From positions 35,092,001-35,156,000 of the forward strand of contig NC_043007.1 of NCBI RefSeq assembly GCF_006345805.1: a stretch of DNA of 64,000 nucleotides, in the 5' to 3' direction. The notes beneath the pieces are model-generated. The model had not been told where the DNA came from. It made no database searches and saw only the letters and a list, made by a program, of their open reading frames with translations. Position numbers and translations under genes: made by a program. How positions within the stretch are numbered: position 1 is the first letter of the stretch; each line of letters starts with the position of its first letter. The stretch is from Octopus sinensis (taxonomy: Eukaryota). This document shows, piece by piece, positions 24,957 through 37,592 of this stretch.

Positions 24957-25120
24957 TATCATAAGTTGAAGACGGGAAGGATGACTTCCTTTCACAAATA
25001 CTGATAGGGCACAGATAGTGTGTCTATAGCCAGCTGGAGGAGATATCTTCCTGGGGCTACAAACTACAGTAGCATCCACCCTTAGGGCTTAGCCATATTC
25101 AAATGGCAAATATGCGTCAC

Positions 25121-25177
<57 letters not shown>

Positions 25178-25434
25178 TGCAAACGGAATTTGCCGACCAT
25201 GAGCCATTCGAGCAGTCACCACTGACGATGCCGACGGTAGAAGCGAAACAAGGTCGAGCCTGATTGATCCTCGAGACAGTCATAGGGCTGTTATCTTCCC
25301 TATCAGCATATGTATATATTTACGCTCTTTTTACAACATTAAGAATATTTTAACTCTTATTTCTAGCAATTTAGGTGCTTCGGTATCCTTAGATACACTT
25401 AGTGACGACTGGATTTTTTTATGGTATCACATGG

Positions 25435-25668
25435 CGCCAAAAGTCACCCGACAGTAAATCAAAATTCCATAAATACTTAATATTCAATTTTATTTATTCA
25501 TTTCAATTATGAATGTTTAATAAATGATTGCTATGAGTTAAAATCACCGTTTTTTAAAAAATATATTTGTCTACTTATTAGTAAAGTTTCATATAAAATT
25601 ATTTCTTGTTTTAATCTTGGAATTACATGGGTTTTTATTTACTGTCGGGTGACTTTTGGCCAACCCTG
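25435..25668. mobile_element. Tc1/mariner-type MITE, left TIR truncated
   Basis: gccaaaagtcacccgacagtaaat pairs with atttactgtcgggtgacttttggccaaccctg+ta. Confidence 0.8.
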
Positions 25669-25671
<3 letters not shown>

Positions 25672-25723
<52 letters not shown>

Positions 25724-25739
25724 GATAATAATAATAATA

Positions 25740-25794
<55 letters not shown>

Positions 25795-25808
25795 TAATAA
25801 TAATAATA

Positions 25809-25872
<64 letters not shown>

Positions 25873-25885
25873 TAACGTAATAATA
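25672..25885. repeat. (AAT)n microsatellite
   Basis: Visible run. Confidence 0.97.
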
Positions 25886-25971
25886 ATTGTAGGGAATATA
25901 ATTCCAAAACTTACAGTGAAAAATTCAATTTAACAATTTTAAATCAAATTTCACAATATGTAATATATGTG

Positions 25972-26397
25972 TATAATTTAGAGAAAAACCGCTATTAAAC
26001 TTCAAAAAAAAGAAAAATGTTATTCACACCACATAGAAAACATATACTACAAAAATACGTATTTTAAATCAATAATGTACAATAAATTGTAAATAGTAAT
26101 AAAAAGAAAACGCACGTTTCATGGCTATATTTTCAAATAGATAATAATAATAAAATCAATCCGATTCAAAATTAAATCGAATTAAAATCAGTTCTATATA
26201 AATATATTTTATTATTTTATTATTGTTATTATCTATTTGAAAATATAGCCATGAAACGTGCGTAGTCTTTTTACTACAATTTACTATTTATTGTACTTTA
26301 TTGATATAAAATAAGTTTTCTTATAGTATATGTTTTCTATAGGGTGTGAATAACATCTTTCTTTATTGGATTGTTTAATAGTGGTTTTTCTCTAAAT

Positions 26398-26401
<4 letters not shown>
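25972..26401. mobile_element. Fold-back (~180-bp arms) carrying two 3' half-hammerheads
   Basis: Inverted arms; atagccatGAAACGTGCGTAgtc at ~26245-26267 and its complement at ~26108-26128; no CUGANGA half seen. Confidence 0.75.
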
Positions 26402-26429
<28 letters not shown>

Positions 26430-26450
26430 ACATCTATATATATATATATA

Positions 26451-26483
<33 letters not shown>

Positions 26484-26487
<4 letters not shown>

Positions 26488-26794
26488 AGGCACAATGGGC
26501 CAGTGGTTAAGGCAGCGGACTCGCGGTCGGAGGATCGTGGTTTCGATTCCCAGACCGGGCGTTGTGAGTGTTTATTGAGCGAAAACACCTAAGGCTCCAC
26601 GTTGCTCCGGCAGGGGGTGGGGGTGGCGAACCCTGCTTTACTCTTTCGCCGCAACTTTCTCTCACTCTTTCTTCTGTTGGCCTGCTCGCTTAGCCAGCGG
26701 GGTGGCGTCATTTGAAGGCTAAAACAATGCGAAGCGCATTGTGACCAGCGATGTGTAAGAACATCTGATAGCCTGGTCGGTCACGGTGATCACG

Positions 26795-26799
<5 letters not shown>
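26484..26799 (+). mobile_element. OR-type SINE with tail type B (RTE-X-like)
   Basis: Same head as 2233 and 48073; tail tgtgaccagcg..ctggtcggtcacggtgatcacggtga. Confidence 0.88.
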
Positions 26800-26861
<62 letters not shown>

Positions 26862-27262
26862 GATGTCCTCGTATATTCCCCTCTTTTTCTCAACCTTATG
26901 GTGAATAAAGAAATTCTCTCTCTCTCTCTCTTTATCTATCTATCTATCTCTATCTCTCCTATCGCCGCTATAATGACCTCTGTTCCTCAATTTTCCATGC
27001 CTCATACATTCACCACTCAGCTACTCCTCACCGTTCTTCCTGACCCGCTCATTTTTTCTATTTCCCGTCATCCTTGTTGCGTTCAATCCATCGCGGTCTC
27101 CGCTCTAATCGCTATGCCCAGTCCTATCCCTTCATAACGTAGAACATCATCCCTCCGGAATCTCCTCCCTGCTCATGTTTTTCTTGCTGTTGTTTTAACG
27201 GAACATTCATATCATCAAGCTCACCGGTCTCGTACGGTCTGCAAAGGTCGTAGACAACACAC

Positions 27263-27306
<44 letters not shown>

Positions 27307-27314
27307 AATATATA

Positions 27315-27351
<37 letters not shown>

Positions 27352-27367
27352 CATATATACATACATA

Positions 27368-27571
27368 TGTGACCGCGTGTGTACCGTTGGCGATTTTTTT
27401 CCCTCTGTCTTCCCTTCTCTGGATCTTTCCTTCTCCTATGTTTCCGACGAAGAGCTCCGCTCGAAACGTTAAACCCTCCTTCTTTTCTTCTTTCTGAGCG
27501 CCCAATAATACTATATTTGTTCCACGTCTTCGCATTGTTGTGTTTTTTATGCTTTCTTGCTTGGATTAACT
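27368..27571 (+). mobile_element. HHR element family H1, copy 2
   Basis: Reverse complement of 7633-7841; sits between (TACA)n and (TA)n. Confidence 0.85.
27440..27474 (+). ncRNA. Minimal hammerhead motif (H1)
   Basis: GTTT CCGACGA A GAGC tcc GCTC GAAACGTT AAAC. Confidence 0.7.
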
Positions 27572-28442
<871 letters not shown>

Positions 28443-28952
28443 TAATGTAGGTATAAAAACGACTAATAATAACGCTTATAATTATTTATAATATTCAACC
28501 GGTGTAAGTTCATGTAAGAAGCTCCAAGTTTTACGACATTGCAAGGGACATAATCCATATAGCTTTGAAACGTAACTGTTTATTTTACTGCAGTGGAAAG
28601 AGCAGCTACTTCAGTAAACTGCAGCCGCTGCAGTTTGAAAGAAGTCAACGTTGTTCTCTCTATAACCACATAACCTGTTTGATACCAGTACATGTATGTG
28701 TGTAGTGGGGGAGGGGTTGTAGAGTGGGAGAGTAAGTGTGCATGTATGTACCGGTGTCTATGGGTAAGATTGTAAATATAGTTCATATGCGTATCTGTCT
28801 GTTATACATACATACATACATACATACATACATGCACATATACATGTGTGTGTGTATATATATATATAATATATATATAGATATATATATATATATATAC
28901 CACACATACACACATGCACACACACATATACATATATATATATACTGTATAC

Positions 28953-29019
<67 letters not shown>

Positions 29020-29048
29020 CTTTATTTAAAAGCAGCAGAAAATTCAAC

Positions 29049-29095
29049 AAAACCTGTTACTCTGAGTTTCACGTTCCCGTTCGTCGGACGGTTTT
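29049..29095 (-). ncRNA. Compact hammerhead motif within (TA)n
   Basis: revcomp AAAACC GT CCGACGA ACG ggaa CGT GAA ACTC a GAGT A AC a GGTTTT. Confidence 0.75.
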
Positions 29096-29098
29096 TGC

Positions 29099-29130
<32 letters not shown>

Positions 29131-29154
29131 ATATAATATATGAGTGTGTGGTGT

Positions 29155-29615
29155 ATTCTTTTACATGTTTCAGTCATTTGACTGCGGCCATGCTGGAGCA
29201 CCGTCTTTAGTCGAACAAATCGACCCCAGGACTTATTCTTTGTTAGGCTAGTACTTATTCTATCGATCTCTTTTACCGAACCGCTAATTTACAGGGACGT
29301 GAACACACCATCATCGGTTGTCAAGCGATGTTGCGGGGACAAGCACACACATACACACATACACACATACTCACAAACACACACACAAACACACACACAC
29401 ACATGCACACACACACACACAACACACACACAGATACACACACACACATATATATATACATATATACGACGGGCTTCTTTCAGTTTCCGCCTACTAAATA
29501 CACTCACAAGGCTTTGGTCGGCCCGAGGCTATAATAGAAGACACTTGCCAAACGAACCACGCAGTAGGACTGAACCCGGAACCTTGTGGTTGGTAAACAA
29601 GCTACTTACCACAGC
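29155..29615 (-). mobile_element. SINE family A
   Basis: Family match. Confidence 0.9.
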
Positions 29616-29624
29616 GCCACTCAT

Positions 29625-29893
29625 ACAACGAGGAGGGTTCAAGTTGACCCGATCAACGGAACAGCCAATTCGTGAAATTAACGTGCAAGTGGCTGAGCAT
29701 TCCACAGACACGTGTCCCCTTAACGTAGTTCTCGGGGAGATTCGGCGTGACACAGAGGGCGACAAGGCTGGCCCTTTAAATATACAGGTACAACAGAATC
29801 AGGAAGAAAGAGTGAGAGAAAGTTTTGGGACTCGAAACAGCGATCCTACGACCGCGAGTCCGCTTCCGTAACCACTGAGCCATTACGCCTCCG
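29625..29893 (-). mobile_element. OR-type SINE, tail type C, internally deleted
   Basis: Matches 39543-39929. Confidence 0.82.
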
Positions 29894-30066
29894 CTAGGTA
29901 TACATATGTATGCATCTATATCTGCATATGTGTGTACGTATGTATGTTATCTTTCTGATTTGATTTCCTTTGCGCGTATTGTATGTATACATATGATATA
30001 CATACATGAGGAATTACGTACATTATTTACATTTGGCGGATATTTGTCCTCTTTTTGTTTGTTGTT

Positions 30067-30112
30067 AACACAATGTTTCGGCTGATATAGCCTCCAGCCT
30101 TCATCAGGTGTC
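30067..30112 (-). ncRNA. Hammerhead motif (H4)
   Basis: revcomp GACAC CTGATGA A GGCTG gaggctatat CAGCC GAAACATT GTGTT. Confidence 0.75.
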
Positions 30113-30213
30113 TTGGGGAAATTTCGTACCTGGGTTCTCATTCCTAAGGTGTAGTCATTAAGAGCGCGGTCTACTAACTCCAAGATTCCATGTTCGATTC
30201 CAGGCAGTGACAA

Positions 30214-30300
<87 letters not shown>

Positions 30301-30355
30301 CAACAACATCGAAAAATACCTTAGGAATGAGAACCCAGATTCGAAATTTCCCCAA

Positions 30356-30401
30356 GATACCTGATGAAGGATGGAGGGTATATCAGCTGAAACATTGTGT
30401 T
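30356..30401 (+). ncRNA. Hammerhead motif (H4), more mutated copy
   Basis: GATAC CTGATGA A GGATG..CAGCT GAAACATT GTGTT. Confidence 0.65.
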
Positions 30402-30685
30402 AACAAGAAACAAGTTGAGGACAAATATCCGTCAAATGTAAATATATGTGGGTAAGCATGTGTGTGTTTCAACTGAGAGTGGATGAGTATATAGACGCAT
30501 GTACGTGGGTGTGCGGGCGCGCATTTGTATGTATGAACATGCGTACTTACGCGATTGCTATGAACATTTTTACTCCCTTATTTAGCGGTCATTCAAATAG
30601 CTCTTTTGTCTTAATAACGGTCAACTACACAGTAATTTCCCATTGTTTAACGGTCATTTTCATAGCACTTTTCTTTTGATGGCTC

Positions 30686-30746
30686 GATAACTGAAGAGAT
30701 GCCGACTTGGGTTTCCGCCCCGACATCCGAAACTCGGAGTTTTATC
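30686..30746 (+). ncRNA. Hammerhead motif
   Basis: GATAA CTGAAGA GATG cCG..CG aCATC C GAA ACTC g GAGT T TTATC. Confidence 0.75.
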
Positions 30747-31101
30747 ATGGCTACCGAATAATTGTCCCATATCATATTTACAGATGTATATATATATATA
30801 TATATAATACAAATAAGAAAATGGAGAAACAGATTCCTTTCAATCATCGACTTACAGATATTACCAATTCATATTATTTATTAACTACTTAAATAGGAAC
30901 CTATTTTCCTCCATTTTCTTATTTGTATTATGAATTTGAGGTAAAATATTTAACCTTCGCCCATCTAATACAATAAATGAATTAATTGCATTGCAATTAT
31001 AAGCATTTATGTATTTGCCTTTTGGGTACTTAAGCAGCAGTATATTGGATAACTGATACCCCATAGTGGGTTACACTCATAACCCGTATCTCACTTTGTA
31101 C

Positions 31102-31161
<60 letters not shown>

Positions 31162-31212
31162 ATATATATATATATATATAATATATATATATATATATTA
31201 TATATATATATA

Positions 31213-32475
31213 TAGGGGTTGGACAAAATAATTGGAACACGTGTTAAATTCAATGAATATTTATTTCATATGGAGTTGGTCCTCCTTTAGCTTTCTGAGT
31301 AGCTTCGATGCGTCTCGGAATTAATCCATACAGCTTCCTGACTTCATTGAGAGGAATTTTGAGCCATTCCTCCTGCAAAACATGCTCCAGTTATTGGATG
31401 GTAACGACGTCCAACATACCGCTCCAAGATGCACCACAGATGCTCAATAATATTAAGATCTGGAGATTGAGTGGGGCCACTCCATATGTTGTAACTCACT
31501 ACTATGCTCTTCATATCAATTCTTAACCACACGAGAGGTGTGTATCGGAGTATTGTTATCTTGGAAGCTGCACTCACCATCAGGGAATAATATCTGGATC
31601 ATGGGAAGGACTTGATTTCCCAAAATATTCAGATAATCATTGCTGTTGATCCTACCATGCAGGGCAACGATTGGAGCAAGAGAATTCCAAGAAATGGCTG
31701 CCCAAACAATCACAGACTATTCTCCGTGCATCACTGTAGGAAGAAGGCAGTCAGGATTGAAAGCTTCCCCGGGCTGCCTCCACACAAAATCTCGCCCTGT
31801 AGTGGGGAAAAGAGAAAAACTGGACTTGTCGGAGAATATACCTTGCTTCCATTGGTCTTTCGACCAGCCGTTGTGATCTCTACACCAGTTCAACCTTTTC
31901 TGAATGCTTTGATGAGAAAGCAGAGGTTTCTTGATGGCGGCAATTCCATGGTATCCGGCTTTATTGAGCTCACGGCGAACAGTCTTGGTCGAAAGTAGGC
32001 TAGTCTGATGTTGATCCAACTGTGTAGTCAATTTATAGGTAGTTGTCCGGAAATTTTTCATCACAATGCGAGTCAACACTCATTGGTCTCTTTCAGTGAG
32101 CTTCGAACTCCTGCTGGACTTACGCCTGTTGCTGGAGGTTTTGCTTTGCTTCTCAAATTCAGTCATGGTCCTTGATAAAGTAGCTCTCGAAAAACCAAGG
32201 AGTTCAGCTGTTCTGGTGACGGATGCTCCCGCCATTTGGGCTCCAACGGTTTTCCCTTTTTCGAACTCAGTGAGGTCATGCATCTTAGCTTAATTTATAC
32301 TACGATCTGAAAAAGAGGACGAAATAATCATTAAATTAGATAAATAAAACCATCTACAATACAAAAAAAAAAAAGAACACTCACAATGAAATTTGGATGG
32401 ATATTCGTAATAGAATGGATCATTGAAATACTGGAGTTAAATTTCTACTGTTCCAATTATTTTGTCCAACCGCAT
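31213..32475 (-). mobile_element. Tc1 element, near full length, frameshifted transposase (~31270-32283)
   Basis: TIRs ggttggacaaaataattggaaca; MHDLTEFEKG HTH, KKPLL, IFSDKSSF, FQDNNTPIH and SPDLNIIEHLW split over several frames. Confidence 0.93.
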
Positions 32476-32772
32476 AATTACGATATGGTTAAAATAAGCA
32501 CCGCAGTGAATATAATAACGAATTATATAAATTTATATATGAGGATAATATCGATATTTAAGTGTCGAAATTATCGGCATGTTGGTGTCTTTTAGACACC
32601 CTCATTTTTAATTGTTAAAAATTTTTTTTACCTTTGTAAGGTATTTCTTTCATGCTGGCCACTTGATAATTTCGACACTTAAATATCGATATTATCCTCA
32701 TATATAAATTTATATAATTCGTTATTATATTCACTGCGGTGCTTATTTTAACCATATCGTAATTATGCGGTG
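32470..32772. repeat. Inverted repeat (~105-bp arms), PLE-like
   Basis: ccgcataattacgatatgg..gtgtcgaaattatc is inverted at 32666-32771; the spacer shares catgctggccacttgataa with 9325 and a block duplicated at ~33056. Confidence 0.85.
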
Positions 32773-33093
32773 ATTTGGCGGGCAATTCAAACTGGCTGTG
32801 TCCATACGTGCATATGTATGTATGTACGACGCTCGTATATGTAAGTATATCGTTTGCTCTGCATATATATATCTGTATTTATGTACCCTTGATATATTCA
32901 ATTGATGACGGTAAAGCTTATTTAAAGCAGAACCAGAAATCCTTGGATCGTGAATTATTCAATAATTTTTGCTTGTATGTTTTGTCCCTCCGCTTACCTC
33001 ATGGTGCGATATGAACATTAACGTGGTTTTATAGTCAGAGTTTCGACTGCTATTTCGGCATGTTGGTGTCTTTTAGACACCCTCATTTTTAAT

Positions 33094-33163
<70 letters not shown>

Positions 33164-33249
33164 TGCGTGTGTGTATGTATGTGTATATGTGTGTATATAC
33201 ATATATTCTTAGGAGAGTGTTGTAGTTCGCTTGAAGCATTGTGTATTGT

Positions 33250-33440
33250 TTGTAAAAAATAAAAAGTTTTGACTGGTACAACAATGCGCTATAATACAGA
33301 CAATGGGTTATATACCTGTCGTAATTTAGTCATCCGAAATATCATATCAGACTATGGATGACTAAATTACAACAGGTATATAGCCCATTGTCTGTATTAT
33401 AGTGCATTGTTGTACCATACAAACTTTTTATTCTTTACAT
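33250..33440. repeat. Fold-back (~85-bp arms); a related diverged copy lies at ~33730-33860
   Basis: ggtacaacaatgc..tttagtcatcc pairs with ggatgactaaa..gcattgttgtacc. Confidence 0.88.
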
Positions 33441-34084
33441 ATATTCTTGATCTAACTAAAGCTTTTGTCAGTGAGACTAAAAATGCATTGTTTGGAAGTT
33501 ACGGGAAATTGCGGCGGGGTACCCACTTAAATTTCTTAATATCTTTATCCGGCTGCATACTTTGTAGAAAAGCCTGTTTCAACTTAGATATTGTTCTGTA
33601 GGAAATGATGTCTATGGACAATAGTGGTATGGACAATGGTGTTACGGACAATAGTGTTAAGACTTAACCTATTATATTTTGCATATATTTTGTAGTTGTA
33701 ATTACTAATGTATTTCATAACTGAAATAGGAGAGTATTGTAGTTCGCTTGAAGCATTGTGTATTGTTTGTAAAGAATAAAATGTTTTTAATGATACAACA
33801 ATGCACTATGATACAAACATAATATAAATTAATCATCCATAGTCTGATATAATATTTCGGAATATAAAATTTCCTTCTTCAGATATCCCTAGGAATTGAT
33901 GGAGTCGCTTCTATAATCGCTTTTCCAACGGCTTTTCTTCCTATTTTTTTCTTCAGAAGCGTCTCAGCAGTAGTCTCACGATGCTCCTTCTGGAATTCCT
34001 CATGAGAAGTGCGTGAGGTCGACCATGCCTCAGTCTCGTGTGTGCAGGCACATCCGTAGCGCTGCTTCTAAGTTATATGTTATA

Positions 34085-34300
34085 TGTTTCTTTATTACCC
34101 ACAAGGGGCTAAACATAGAGGGGACAAACAAGGACAGACAAACGGATTAAGTCGATTACATCGACCCCACTGCGTAACTGGTACTTAATTTTATCGACCC
34201 CTAAAGGATGAAAGGCAAAGTCGACCTCGGCGGATTTGAACTCAGAACGTAACGGCAGACGAAATACGGCTACGCTAACGGTTCTGCCAGCTCGCCGCCT
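34085..34300 (-). mobile_element. Nin-domain SINE (family B) with TSD
   Basis: TSD taagttatatgttata. Confidence 0.9.
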
Positions 34301-34479
34301 TAAGTTATATGTTATACGTTATATGTTATACGTTATATGTTATACGTGCAGCTTCCTTTTTCTCCATTCTTTTTTTTTTTTTTTTTTTTGATCAGTAACC
34401 GTTATTGCATCAACAAATAGATTTTTAGATCAGAATCATTGAAAGCTCAATGGAAGCGCTTCAGAACTCAAATTTGTTC

Positions 34480-34940
34480 TCAAATTTGTTGTATACCGAT
34501 GATTGAAATCTTGCTAATGATTCTATCAGAACAAAATATTCAGAAACTAATGAAGCTCTTCTTCAGTACCTGTACCGTTTGGGGACATAAAATAAGCTTG
34601 AAGAAAAGAAACTTTCCACCAAGCTTTGCATCTATAAGGCTTGGGTCACCACATTTCTGTCGTACTCCTCTGAGACACGGGGACATCAAAATATTAGAGG
34701 ATTCCAGGAGAAATATTTAAGGTGTATATTAAGCATCGGTTGGAAATCTTTTATGCTTTTATACAAAGCTGTTGGAAAGAATGGAAACTCACCTTCTCAA
34801 GAATCATATGCGATGGCTTGATCATGTCAACCGTCATAAAGGATTTCAGACTTCTGAAATAAATTGCTTTATAGTGAGTTCGTTCTTGGTAAGTATTCCT
34901 CCAACACACGACAAAACAAAGTGATTTCATAATATCACAA
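34480..34940 (+). pseudogene. Highly decayed RTE-like RT fragment
   Basis: LYTDD, GHKISLKK and LSIGWKSF remnants. Confidence 0.45.
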
Positions 34941-34956
34941 AGGCAATTATGGCTAC

Positions 34957-35267
34957 CCTCTTCGTCGCCCTTTTCAAGCCTAGCCAGGCTCATGGGCCCA
35001 GTTTCCCGGTTTCTGTGGCGTATGTGTTCCCCCCAGCTGGACGGGACGCCAGTCCATCGCAGCGTTACTCAAGAAACATGAAGAGAGAGTGAGAGAAAGT
35101 TGTGGCGAAAAAGTGCAACAGGGGTTGCCACCACCCCCTGCCGGAGCCTCGTGGAGCATTTAGGTGTTTTCGCTCAATAAACACACAGAACGTCTGGTCT
35201 GGGAAACGAAACCGCGATCCTCCGACCGCGAGTCCGCTGCCCTAACCACTGACCCATTGCGCCTCCA
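34957..35267 (-). mobile_element. OR-type SINE, tail type A, with TSD
   Basis: TSD caattatg(g/a)ctac. Confidence 0.92.
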
Positions 35268-35389
35268 CAATTATGACTACGGCATTGTTAATTCGGAACT
35301 TCTCAAAATCTCGTACTGAACAGAAGTGAACGGCGGGTTGTAACTAGGAAGAGCATTCTGCAGTTTGTAGATAAGTTGAGTCAATCATG

Positions 35390-35957
35390 AATTCTTTTCT
35401 TTTCTCCCTTTAACCCTCCAACGCGGAGTATAGGCCACTTATTCCATGACGCATAATCTTTCGCTTCTGCACTTATCCTCTGCCATGAATGTCCCCCTTT
35501 CTCTAGTTCCTTTTGTGTTGATCTCCGCCACGAGTTCTTAGGCCTACCTCTCCTTCTATATCCATCCGGTTTCCACTGTAAAGCACTTTTCGCTACATTT
35601 GGTGTGTCTTTTCTAATTGTGCTACCAATCCACTTTCAATTTTTCTTAAATATTTGCTCCCTAATCGAAACTTCATTTGTTCTTTGCCATAGCTCCATAC
35701 TGCTTATGTGTTCGGGCCATCTAATTTTAAATATACTACGCAAGCATCTGTTGATGAATGATTGTATTTGCTTATTTGACTTAACTGTTGTTCGCCATGT
35801 CTCAGCCCCATACAATAACACCGCTTTTACGTCAGTGTTAAAAATTCTTATTTTGTTCTTTATTGAAATTACACTTGCGCTCCATACTTTTTTTAACAGG
35901 TGAAAAGCGGTCCTTGCCTTAATTATTCTCGTCTTAATATCTTCGTCGGTGCCGCCT
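35390..35957 (-). mobile_element. RTE-clade LINE 3' fragment
   Basis: GGTDEDIKTRIIKARTAF..KIRIFNTDVKAVLLYGAETW..CLRSIFKIRWP; downstream RRRGRPK motif. Confidence 0.92.
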
Positions 35958-36231
35958 GAAAACACTAAAATCATGAATTACTGAGACGTATTACCTGAGA
36001 AGAAACTGAGGTTCTGTGTGGTAGGAGGTCCAGAGGTAATTTCATATGCACAGCCTGTAATCGCATCATTCTTTCAAAAGCTGTCAGCCATGAATATTCA
36101 CTTAGCCAAGAGTCCAACAGAAAATGCTTATATTTTTACAGTTTTAATAACTTCACAGCAGAACTGCTGTCTTTCAGGTCCAAACGCGGGCTCAACTACT
36201 GCCGAGTAAAAATGAAAAGATGGACAAACAG

Positions 36232-36447
36232 TTTACTCTTTTACTCTTTTATTTGTTTCAGTCATTTGACTGTGGTCATGCTGGAGCACCGCCTTTAGCC
36301 GAGCAAATCGAGCCCAGGACTTATTCTTTGTAAGCCTAGTACTTATTTTATCGGTCTCTTTTGCCGAACCGCTAAGTTACGGGGAAGTAAACACACCAGC
36401 ATCGGTTCTCAAGCGATGCTGGGGGGACAAACACAGCCACACAAACG

Positions 36448-36501
<54 letters not shown>

Positions 36502-36679
36502 TTTATATATACATATATACGACGGGCTTCTTTCAGTTTCCGTCTATCAAATCCACTCAGAAGGCTTTGGTCGGCCCGAGGCTATAGTAGAAGACACTTG
36601 CCCAAGGTGCCACACAGTGGGACTAAACCCTGAACCACGTGGTTGGTAAGCAAGCTACTTACCACACAGCCGCTCCTAC
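36232..36679 (-). mobile_element. SINE family A
   Basis: Family match. Confidence 0.92.
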
Positions 36680-37023
36680 ATACAACATCGACACATAAAG
36701 TAAATCTTTACAAGTGTTTCAAAAATTCAGTGACAGGTCGATCCAATAATCAAGTCCTTATCCATAATCTCCGCCATCGCATACACGCGCGCGGGCGTAC
36801 ACACTTATACATACTGAACGAAGTAAAACAAAAGAATGAGAATGACGGTATTATATTTTCTAATTAGTTTCTGATTCAATTAGGGAATTCCACAATTCGT
36901 ACGCCTAATCCATCACGTTCATTGATGTAGGAAAATAATACACATTGCTGTAATGCTCGTAACTGATTAAAAGAATGTAACACTTTCGTTAACATTCCTT
37001 TGTTTGCTTTTATGCTCAATGAG

Positions 37024-37443
37024 TACTCTTTTACTCTTTACTCTTTTACTTGTTTCAGTCATTTGACTGCGGCCATGCTGGAGCACCACCTTTTTTTTAG
37101 TCGAGCAAATCGACCCCGGGACTTATTCTTTGTAAGCCCAGTACTTATTCTATCGGTCTCTTTTGCCGAACCGCTAAGTGACGGGGACGTAAACACACCA
37201 GTTGTGAAGCAATGCTAGGGGGACAAACACAGACACACAAACATATACACACACACTTATATATATATACATATATACGACAGTCTTCTTTCAGTTTCCG
37301 TCTACCAAATCCACTCACAAGGCATTGGTCGGCCCGGGGCTATAGCAGAAGACACTTGCCCAAGATGCCACGCAGTGGGACTGAACCCGGAACCATGTGG
37401 TTGGTTAGCAAGCTACTTACCACACAGCCACTCCTGCGCCTAT
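37024..37443 (-). mobile_element. SINE family A
   Basis: Family match. Confidence 0.92.
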
Positions 37444-37592
37444 AGTTTACAGTTTATTCTTTACTCTTTTACTAGTTTCAGTCATTTTATTGGTCGCTTT
37501 TGCCGAACCACTAAGTTACGGGGACACAAACACACCAACACCGGCTGTCATGCACTGGTGGGTAACAAATACACACACACACACCACACATA

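Larger units (their letters stand above)
24353..25120. mobile_element. HHR family H2: antisense unit (24353-24591), partial sense unit (24596-24717), full sense unit (24845-25120)
   Basis: Near-identical inverted and direct copies, flanked by (TA)n on both sides. Confidence 0.9.
30025..30445 (+). mobile_element. tRNA-headed HHR element (family H4) preceded by an inverted copy of its own 3' end
   Basis: Arms 30025-30150 and 30318-30445 are inverted; between them a tRNA-like head (B-box gttcgattcc at 30192) and (AAT)n. Confidence 0.75.

Noticed and set aside
28507-28577. agct..agct-tt-GAAACGTA-act half motif; also GAAACAGCTGTA at 40490
   Set aside because: The CUGANGA core is not recognisable, so only half motifs remain
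33420-33600. Minus-strand LPNNAFLVSL resembling an RT motif
   Set aside because: The catalytic Asp and flanking motifs are absent and there is a stop; unsupported
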